Source of the DNA: Nitrospira sp.
Lineage (GTDB): Bacteria; Nitrospirota; Nitrospiria; Nitrospirales; Nitrospiraceae
Length of the DNA: 64,000 nt
Direction of reading: 5' to 3'
Assembly (NCBI GenBank): GCA_047150005.1
Contig: AP038806.1
Location: 3,904,001 to 3,968,000 of the forward strand
Shown one piece after another: positions 54,316-63,000 of the stretch. A program made the position numbers and the translations under genes. The notes beneath the pieces were generated by a model. It was not told the DNA's origin, ran no database searches, and worked only from the letters and a program-made list of their open reading frames with translations. Every line of letters starts with the position of its first letter. Within the stretch, counting starts at the first letter, position 1.

Positions 54316-56403
54316 GTGGGGCTAGGAACCCGTCATACGTCTTGTGAACGAATTCAATCCTATCTCACTACGCCATTTCTGTTCGTTCTCCATCTCTCGG
54401 TACTGGCTGCCTGCAACGACGTATCCACAGCACCGGGGCCTCCGCCGGGGCCGACCGCCCTCGCGATTGACTCGGGCTCCCCTCTGCCGAGTGGCAGCAT
54501 TGGCATCCGCTATAGTGCGACGTTGGCAGCTTCGGGCGGGAACCCCGCCTATTCATGGAGCCTTGTCAGCGGGTCTCCTTCATTGCCCAATGGTCTCAGT
54601 CTGAGTCCCGCCGGTGTCATAAGCGGCACGCCGACGACGATCCAAACCGTCACACCGAAATTCCAGGTGGTGGATTCCTCGACCCCGACCCAGCAAGTCG
54701 CACAAAACACTCTCACCATTTCGATTAATGCCGTCCCGCAGCCGACCATCTCAGCGCCGGCGACGCTTGCCAACGGCATCGTCGGCCGCCCTTATCCCCT
54801 AACAACCTTGACCGCGGCCGGAGGCACTCCGCCCTACAGCACTTGGTCGGTGAACCCTGCCTTACCGAGCGGACTTGTCTTGAACACTACAACGGGAACG
54901 ATCAGCGGCACTCCGACCGTAACGAGCAATGCGATGCACACATTCACCGTCACCGACTCTTTTTCGCCGACTCCTCAGGATGGATCAAGACCATACACCC
55001 TGACCATCACTCCAGCACCATTGCCCCTAATCATCACAACAGCTTCTCTGCGATCCGGAACTCAGCTTCAGACCTATAGCGATACAGTCGTGGCGACGGG
55101 AGGGACTCCACCCCTGACATGGACAGTGGTAAGCGGCACATTGCCTCCAGGACTTCAGCTGAACCAAAGCAACGGTGCAATCGCGGGAACGCCCACGACC
55201 TTTGGGACATTCACTCCAACCTTTCGAGTGCAAGATAGTGGTGCGCCACAGCAATCATCACAGAAGCAACTCACCATGATGATTAGCCAACCGGCCCCCC
55301 TGAGCATTACGACCGGGACCCTCAGCAACGGTGTGTTGAGTCAACCCTACGATCAGACCGTTCAAGCCACTGGGGGTTCAGGCTCCAGAACATGGAGTTT
55401 TCAAGGCGGTACGATCCCCAATCTGAGCATGAATTCCTCGACTGGTAGGCTTACGGGAAATCCGACGCCGACAGGCAACTTTACATTTACGGTCCAGGTT
55501 ACGGATGCGTTGTTCGCCGCGACGAAACAATTCACGATAGCCGTGATTCCGCCGCCGCCGCCGAGCGTCATCGCGCCCACATCGCTTCCAGTCGGCACTG
55601 TCAATGCGCCCTATCCAAGCACGACCCTTCAAGCCGGCGGAGGTGCGCCACCCTTGTCGTTCCAGCCAGTGGGCCTGCCGTTCGGCCTATCCTTCGATGC
55701 GGCAACCGCGATGATCACCGGAACTCCGACGAGCGCAGGCTCGGCAAATGTCACGTTCACCGTCCATGATTCGACCATTCCCTCCAATCAAACCGGCAGC
55801 AAGACGTACACGATACGAGTCAACTCGGCGCTCACCATCAACACCGATGACTCTGCTTCGCCGCTGCCCGTGGCTACGACGAATCAGCCCTATACCGCGA
55901 CATTAGTCGCATCGGGTGGAACGGGACCGTCAACGTATACCTGGTCCATCACAAGCGGCGGATCGACGCCCGCGCCCGGTTTGTCTCTGAATTCAGATGG
56001 CACTATCAGTGGCCAGCCGACGACGACAGGAACGTTTGGCCGAACCTACCGTGTGCGAGACGGGAACGGAGTGACCGCCACAAAAACACTCACGCTGAAG
56101 GTGAGCACTGAACTGACGATCGAATCTGATGATGTCGGTAAGCCTCTGAACGTCGGCTTCGAAACTCAGCTGTACTCAACGGCGCTGTCTGCTTCTGGTG
56201 GGACTCCTCCTTACAGCTGGTCAGTAAGTCCTGACCTGCCGAAAGGACTCTTGCTGGACGCGGTTTCTGGTGGAATAACAGGGATTCCCGAGCAAGGTAC
56301 TGCTGTGGTTCCACCTCAAAAATTTCTGTTTACGCTCAGAGATTCGGTCAATCAATCCACGAGTAAGCTGCTCACCCTGACGATCATCAGTTGTCGCTGC
56401 TGA
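54316..56403 (+). CDS. Lipoprotein with 7 Ig-like repeats (paralog 2)
   Basis: Lipobox LAA-C; same repeat consensus; start codon uncertain. Confidence 0.86.
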   Translation: MGLGTRHTSCERIQSYLTTPFLFVLHLSVLAACNDVSTAPGPPPGPTALAIDSGSPLPSGSIGIRYSATLAASGGNPAYSWSLVSGSPSLPNGLSLSPAGVISGTPTTIQTVTPKFQVVDSSTPTQQVAQNTLTISINAVPQPTISAPATLANGIVGRPYPLTTLTAAGGTPPYSTWSVNPALPSGLVLNTTTGTISGTPTVTSNAMHTFTVTDSFSPTPQDGSRPYTLTITPAPLPLIITTASLRSGTQLQTYSDTVVATGGTPPLTWTVVSGTLPPGLQLNQSNGAIAGTPTTFGTFTPTFRVQDSGAPQQSSQKQLTMMISQPAPLSITTGTLSNGVLSQPYDQTVQATGGSGSRTWSFQGGTIPNLSMNSSTGRLTGNPTPTGNFTFTVQVTDALFAATKQFTIAVIPPPPPSVIAPTSLPVGTVNAPYPSTTLQAGGGAPPLSFQPVGLPFGLSFDAATAMITGTPTSAGSANVTFTVHDSTIPSNQTGSKTYTIRVNSALTINTDDSASPLPVATTNQPYTATLVASGGTGPSTYTWSITSGGSTPAPGLSLNSDGTISGQPTTTGTFGRTYRVRDGNGVTATKTLTLKVSTELTIESDDVGKPLNVGFETQLYSTALSASGGTPPYSWSVSPDLPKGLLLDAVSGGITGIPEQGTAVVPPQKFLFTLRDSVNQSTSKLLTLTIISCRC

Positions 56404-56537
56404 AGAGGCTGATTCGTGAAATTGATCTGTTCACCCGGTTGGTCCGCCCCTAGCCGGCCCGCCGACTGAACTTCTGCCTTGATATAGAGACCCCAACCAG
56501 ATTATGAATATGAGGTTTGACCCAAGAAGGAGTTCGC

Positions 56538-57785
56538 ATGACTTCGCTCGCAGTTTCCACATATCGACCTTGGTTATTGTTTGACGGATTGTTGCAACGC
56601 CCCCTGGGACTTCTCCTAGGAAGCCTGTTCTGCCTGTCCTGTGTGACCGGCTGCAACGATGTGTCGGAGGCTCCCGCCCCGGATCCAGGCCCCGGAGCCC
56701 TGACCATTGTCACCGCGTCACTTCCCGACGCCACCGTGAGACAACCCTATTCCATTACGATAGGCGGATCAGGGGGCATCACTCCCTATTCGTGGGCCGT
56801 GACCCCCGCGTTGCCGGCCAACCTCTCGTTCAACGGAGCGAGCGGCGCCATCAGCGGCATGCCGGCCGCCCAAGGTACGACCTCTCACACCTTCACACTC
56901 CAAGACTCCTCAACGCCCCCGCAGACGACGCAAAAGACTCTCTCATTGAAGATCAATCAAGCCTTGGTGCCCCCGGCCATCACCACACTGTCCTTGCCGG
57001 CCGGGACCGTGAATGCGCCGTATCCGCAGACCACGCTCACCGCAACCGGTGGAGTCCCCCCCTTGGTCTGGCAGCCGGTCGGCATGCCGTTTGGATTAAC
57101 GTTCGACGCGGCCAGTCATTCCATCAGCGGAGTCCCCACCAGCAGCGGAACGGCCAATGTGACGTTCACAGTGAACGACTCCGCAATTCCTTTCAACCAG
57201 ACCGCGTCCGGTACCCTCACGATTACCGTCAACGTGGCGTTGAAGATCGACACAAGCTCGCTCCCGGATGGCACGGTCAACCAAGGCTATGGACCGGTCT
57301 TGTTGAATGCCTCCGGAGGCGCACCACCCTATTCTTGGTCCATCGTCGGAGGAGCACCACCGGCTCCCGGTCTCGCGCTCAGTTCGGGCGGCGTGATCAC
57401 CGGTACGCCGACGACCAAAGGAGCATTCACCAACACCTATCGTGTGCAGGACAACAACGGGGCTGCAATCACTCAACCCCTAACCATCACTGTGGCTGAA
57501 CTGATCATCGACACCACCGCGCTGCCCATGGGGCGGGTTGGCGAGGCGTACGGACCGGCGAGTCTGACGGCATCGGGTGGCACACCGCCCTATGCCTGGT
57601 CCGCCACCGTGATCCCGGGCCTCCCGGCTGGATTGCTGTTTGATCCCAATACGGGAACGATCAGCGGGGCGCCCTTGGCTGCGGAACCGAACGGCAGCCA
57701 CGCATTCACGGTGCACGACAACGCCGGTCGAACAACAACCAAATCGTTAGGCCTGACGATTCTGGATTCGTTGACGTCGAGATAG
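56538..57785 (+). CDS. Lipoprotein with 4 Ig-like repeats (paralog 3)
   Basis: AAGGAG SD, lipobox VTG-C, same repeat consensus. Confidence 0.86.
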   Translation: MTSLAVSTYRPWLLFDGLLQRPLGLLLGSLFCLSCVTGCNDVSEAPAPDPGPGALTIVTASLPDATVRQPYSITIGGSGGITPYSWAVTPALPANLSFNGASGAISGMPAAQGTTSHTFTLQDSSTPPQTTQKTLSLKINQALVPPAITTLSLPAGTVNAPYPQTTLTATGGVPPLVWQPVGMPFGLTFDAASHSISGVPTSSGTANVTFTVNDSAIPFNQTASGTLTITVNVALKIDTSSLPDGTVNQGYGPVLLNASGGAPPYSWSIVGGAPPAPGLALSSGGVITGTPTTKGAFTNTYRVQDNNGAAITQPLTITVAELIIDTTALPMGRVGEAYGPASLTASGGTPPYAWSATVIPGLPAGLLFDPNTGTISGAPLAAEPNGSHAFTVHDNAGRTTTKSLGLTILDSLTSR

Positions 57786-57867
57786 GAAGGAGATGTGCTG
57801 AGCCTCTGCGCAAATTTGTGCGCGGCAACCTCTTGCAATCGACACCGGTCGATGCGCATAACCTAGC

Positions 57868-58539
57868 ATGCGCGATCGTACGTTCAGAACATCAAGATTG
57901 GGTATCACCCTCATCGCCGCCGCAGCCGTGGGTGGATTTCTCGCCTGCAACGACATGTCCAAAGCCCCCCCACCCGATCCCGGGCCGGGGGAACTCACGA
58001 TCGTCACCACGTTTCTTCCCGATGGAGACGTGGGTGAGCCATACGTGACCACGTTGGGAGGAGCGGGAGGCATCACACCGTATACGTGGTCCGTGTCACC
58101 GGCCCTTCCCTCCAATCTCACATTCAACCAGACAAGCGGATCGATCAGCGGAACTCCCACCACGGCCGCGACGACCACCCACACGTTTACGCTCCAAGAT
58201 TCTTCCAAGCCGGCGGACACCGTGCAGAAGTCCTTGTCCATCACCATCGAACCGGCCCTCATGATCACCAGCACGTCGCTTCCCGGCGGGCGGGTGAACG
58301 CGCCCTACCCGGTCACCACGTTAGCCGCAGCGGGAGGATTACCCCCGTTGATCTGGCAGCCGGTCGCCATGCCGTTCGGCCTGACCTTCGACCCGGCCTC
58401 GCATACGATCCTCGGCACGCCGTTGACCAGCGGGACGACGAGCGTGACCTTCACCGTCCGCGATTCCAGTTCACCGTTCAACAAGACAGCCACCGCAACG
58501 CTGGGGTTGACGATCGCCCCTTCGCTGACCAGTCGATAG
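57868..58539 (+). CDS. Lipoprotein with 2 Ig-like repeats (paralog 4)
   Basis: Lipobox FLA-C, same repeat consensus. Confidence 0.85.
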   Translation: MRDRTFRTSRLGITLIAAAAVGGFLACNDMSKAPPPDPGPGELTIVTTFLPDGDVGEPYVTTLGGAGGITPYTWSVSPALPSNLTFNQTSGSISGTPTTAATTTHTFTLQDSSKPADTVQKSLSITIEPALMITSTSLPGGRVNAPYPVTTLAAAGGLPPLIWQPVAMPFGLTFDPASHTILGTPLTSGTTSVTFTVRDSSSPFNKTATATLGLTIAPSLTSR

Positions 58540-58713
58540 GCTCGTCTCTTTAGAACTCGCGACACCGGCTCACTCTCCCCTTTCCTATACCTTTGTAGGG
58601 GAGACCTCCTCGCAGCCCATCCCGTAAGATGCAGTCCCGGAACGCATGGGTGCATACCTGCCGCCACAGAATTGTTGCGACAGACGACGCTTTCTTATTA
58701 GCTTGGATCAAGC

Positions 58714-59940
58714 GTGCAGGTGAGTGATTTAAATAACCAGACGCAAGCATCACGCGTCAGCCGAACCGGAAGGGGCCTGTGGGCTCCGTTGCTGTCGGTC
58801 ATTTGCCTGTCAGGACCGATCGGTTGCAACGACGTCTCGAAAGCTCCTGATCCCGCACCGGGTCCGGGTGCGCTGGCGATCGTCTCGCTTTCGCTGCCCA
58901 ACGGGGTTGTGAATCAACCCTATGCGACCACCGTCGGCGGGTCGGGCGGGATCACGCCCTATCAATGGTCCGTGAATCCGCCCCTTCCCCGTAGTCTTGT
59001 CCTGGATCCATCGACAGGAGCGATCAGCGGCACGCCGGAAACCGTCGGAACCACGACTCACACCTTCACCTTGCAGGACGCCTCAAATCCGGCGCAGTCG
59101 ACACAGATCTCTCTCTCGCTGACGATCAATGGAGCGCCGGCTCTGCTGGCTATCACCACGACCTCCCTCCCGGCCGGTAATGTCGGCCAACCCTACAGCA
59201 GGACGATCCAGGCCACCGGCGGAACTCCGCCCCTCTCCTGGAATATCACGGCAGGTTCCCTCCCGCAAAGTCTGGGTTTCAACCTCCAGACAGGCCTCGT
59301 CTCCGGCACACCGACCGCCGTCGGCACGTCGACCTTCACCGTTCGTGTCGTGGACACGACGGGACAAGCCGATACGCAATCCTTCTCGATCCTGATCAAC
59401 CCGTCGGCGCCGCCGAACATCACCACCACCTCACCGTTGCCGGGAGCGACGGTGGGATTGCCCTATAGCCACACCTTGGCGGCGGCGGGTGGGACCGGCA
59501 CGCTCGTCTGGAGCCGTACAGTCGGCTCGCTGCCGGCAAATCTGGCACTTAACCCAGCCGGGATCATCTCGGGCACGCCGACCAACACCGGCACATCAAA
59601 CTTCACAGTCAGAGTGACCGACGCCTTGTCACAATTCGATACGCAGCCGTTCTCCTTGACGGTCGGCGCCGCGCTGACCATCACGACCAATTCACTGGAT
59701 AATGCTCGTGTCGGGCGATCCTATAATGACACGTTGCAGCGCTCGGGCGGGACGGCTCCGTTTACCTGGACGGTATCACCGCCGCTTCCGGCCGGACTGG
59801 TCCTGAATGCGGCCACCGGAAACATCTCGGGAACCCCGTCTTCACCCAGCAACGTGGTCTACGATTTCACGGTGCAGGATTCCACCCTCCCGACACCTCA
59901 GACCTTCACCAAATCCCTCCGGCTTCGAGTCAACAACTAG
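58714..59940 (+). CDS. Lipoprotein with 4 Ig-like repeats (paralog 5)
   Basis: PIG-C at the equivalent position, same repeat consensus; start uncertain (GTG 58714 or 58720). Confidence 0.85.
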   Translation: MQVSDLNNQTQASRVSRTGRGLWAPLLSVICLSGPIGCNDVSKAPDPAPGPGALAIVSLSLPNGVVNQPYATTVGGSGGITPYQWSVNPPLPRSLVLDPSTGAISGTPETVGTTTHTFTLQDASNPAQSTQISLSLTINGAPALLAITTTSLPAGNVGQPYSRTIQATGGTPPLSWNITAGSLPQSLGFNLQTGLVSGTPTAVGTSTFTVRVVDTTGQADTQSFSILINPSAPPNITTTSPLPGATVGLPYSHTLAAAGGTGTLVWSRTVGSLPANLALNPAGIISGTPTNTGTSNFTVRVTDALSQFDTQPFSLTVGAALTITTNSLDNARVGRSYNDTLQRSGGTAPFTWTVSPPLPAGLVLNAATGNISGTPSSPSNVVYDFTVQDSTLPTPQTFTKSLRLRVNN

Positions 59941-59974
59941 TCGGAGCGGCTCTTCGGAGCACCCGAGATCGGGT

Positions 59975-60003
59975 TTGACATCGATGGCCCCCCCTCATAG
60001 AAT
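59975..60003 (+). promoter_or_regulatory. Near-consensus sigma70 promoter directly abutting the dnaE start
   Basis: TTGACA(59975-59980)-N17-TAGAAT(59998-60003), ATG at 60010. Confidence 0.75.
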
Positions 60004-60009
60004 CCGCGC

Positions 60010-63000
60010 ATGTCGTTCGTGCACCTCCATCTCCACACACAATTCAGCCTGCTCGACGGCGCCAACCAAATCGGCCCACTCGTCCAGCAAATCAAATCCT
60101 TCGGCCAACCCGCCGTCGCGATGACTGATCACGGCAACATGTTCGGAGCGATCGAGTTCTATCGGAAAGCGAAAGAGGCAGGAATCAAGCCGATCATCGG
60201 CTGCGAAGCCTATATGGCCCCCGGCAGCCGCCTCAACAAAGACGGCAGCCAACTTGCCCATAACGATTACTATCACCTCATCCTCTTGGCGCGGAACCTC
60301 ACGGGATACCAGAATCTGATCAAGCTCGTCAGCAAAGCATATCTTGAGGGATTCTATTACAAGCCTCGGATGGACAAGGAAATCCTCAAGCAGCACCACG
60401 AGGGAATCATCGCGCTCTCCGGCTGTCTGAGCGGAGAAATTCCCTATCTGATCGGCCAGAAGCACATGGCCGAGGCCCTGGCGGTAGCGGGTGAATTCCA
60501 AGAAATTTTCGGTCGCGATCATTTTTACCTGGAAGTACAAGCCAACGGTCTCGAACATCAGCGAATTGCCAATGCGGGCCTCATCGACATTCACAAGAAG
60601 CTGGGCATCCCGCTGGCCGGCACCAACGACTGCCACTACCTCAAGAAGGAAGACTCTCGGCCGCACGATCTGATGCTCTGCCTTCAGACGGGCAAAACCA
60701 TCAGCGACCCGAATCGGATGAAGTTCGATACGGACGAGCTTTACGTGAAATCCACTGAGGAAATCACCCCTGCGTTCGCTGAGTTCCCCGGAGCGGTCAC
60801 CAACACCTGCCGTATCGCCGATCACTGCGAGCTGGACTTGGCCCTGAACAAGACCTACTTGCCTCAGTATACGGCTCCTGAGGGTTATACCCGTGAATCC
60901 TACGTCGAACATCTGGCGGTGGAAGGTCTGAAAGATCGATTGAGAGACCGGCCAAGCGGCATTCCAGGCGCGGTGTACGAGCAGCGGTTGCGGGAAGAGC
61001 TGACGGTCATCTGCTCGATGGGTTTCGCCGGCTATTTCCTTATCGTCTGGGACATCATCCGGTTCGCCCGATCCCGCGGCATTCCCGTCGGACCGGGCCG
61101 AGGCTCGGCTGCCGGAAGTTTGGTGGCCTATGCGCTGCGCATTACCGATCTCGACCCCTTGGTCTATACGCTGCTGTTCGAACGCTTCCTGAATCCCGAG
61201 CGTGTGTCGCTTCCGGATATCGACATGGATTTCTGCATGGATCGCCGGGGCGAGGTCATCAACTACGTCGTCGAGAAATACGGATCGGATCATGTGGCGC
61301 AAATCATCACCTTCGGCACACTGGGAGCCAAGGCCGCCATCCGAGACGTAGGCCGCGTGCTGGAAATGCCCTATGCCGAGGCGGACAAAGTGGCCAAGCT
61401 GGTGCCCAACCAACTCAACGTGACCTTGCAACAGGCCCTCGATACCGAACCGCGATTGCGCGAGTTGGTCGAGACGGATCCCAAGGTCAAGGAGCTGATG
61501 TCGATCGCCCAATCGCTCGAGGGGTTGGCCCGGCACGCTTCGACCCATGCGGCCGGGGTGGTGATCTCGGAGGGCCCGCTCACCGACCATGTGCCGCTCT
61601 ACAAGGGCGCCAACGACGAAATCGTCACCCAATATTCCATGGGAGACGTGGAAAAGATCGGCCTGGTCAAATTCGATTTTCCCGGCCTTACGACGCTGAC
61701 CATGATCCGTCGGGCCGAAACCTTGATTAATGAGGGCCGCCCCGATCGAGCGCCGCTCGTGATGGACCGGCTGCCGTTCGACGATGCGGAAACGTTCGCA
61801 CTCCTCTCGTCGGGCAAGACCACCGGCATCTTCCAGCTGGAAAGCTCCGGAATGCGCGACCTGCTGACGGGATTCAAGCCGGACCGGTTCGAGGACATCA
61901 TCGCGATCATCGCGTTGTATCGCCCGGGTCCGATGGACCTGATTCCGGATTTCATCAAACGTAAACAGGGCAAAGTGCCGATCACCTATGAAACGCCCGA
62001 GCTTGAACCGATCCTGAAGGACACCTACGGCGTCATCGTCTACCAAGAACAGGTCATGGCGATCGCCAACAAGATCGCCGGATTCTCGCTGGGACAAGCC
62101 GATATCCTTCGCCGGGCTATGGGGAAGAAGAAGCCCGAGGAAATGGAGAAACTGCGGGTCAAGTTTCTGGATGGCGCGAAGCAGAAGAAGATCCCGGAAA
62201 AGAAAGCCGAGAAATTATACGAACTCATCCAGAAGTTCGCGGGCTACGGCTTCAACAAATCGCATGCGGCGGCCTACGCCGTCGTCTGTTATCAGACGGG
62301 GTATCTCAAGGCCCACTATCCGACCGAATTCATGGCGGCACTCATGACCAGCGACATGGGCAACCAGGACAAGATCGTCGGCTATTTCACCGAATGCCGA
62401 GATCTCGACATCAAAGTTCTGGGGCCCGACGTCAACGAGAGCCACAAGGACTTTGCGGTGGCCGACGGAGCCATCCGCTTCGGGCTCGCCGCGATCAAGA
62501 ACGTGGGAGAAGGGGCCGTCGAATCCGTCCTGGCGATCCGAGCGGAGAGCGGACCGTTCGCATCGTTCTTCGACTTTTGCCGACGGGTCGACCTCAGAAA
62601 AGTCAACAAGCGGATGCTGGAAGGGCTGATCAAGGCCGGGGCGTTCGACTCGACCGGAGCGCGACGCTCGCAACTCATGGCAGCCCTGGACCGGGCGGTC
62701 GAAGACGGCGCGGCGGCCCAGCAAGAACGAGAACTGGGCCAGACGAACATATTCGGAGAAGATTTCCACGGCCAAGGCCAGGCGGCTCACTCGGCAGATC
62801 CGCTGCTGCCTTCGGTTCCGGAATGGGATCAGGCGACCAGGCTGAAGTACGAACGGGAACTGACCGGGTTCTACATTAGTGCACATCCCCTCGCCCGCTA
62901 TGAAGCCACGATCGGTGCCCTGGCCACGGTCACCACGGCGGGCCTCATGGATCTGTCGGATGGCAAGGAGGTCAAGCTGTGCGGCATCATCGCCACGGTC

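Noticed and set aside
51760..59940. Diversity-generating retroelement, invertase shufflon or CRISPR explanation for the repeats
   Set aside because: No reverse transcriptase, recombinase or cas gene; differences between copies are not adenine-specific; the repeats are coding and in frame, with no repeat-spacer pattern
59995..62097. 700-aa minus-strand ORF, and similar long ORFs at 299-1618, 8770-9879, 13261-14463, 17118-18497, 20621-21811, 46332-47894 and 62215-63408
   Set aside because: Antisense shadows of well-supported genes, expected from codon bias in GC-rich DNA; no recognisable motifs
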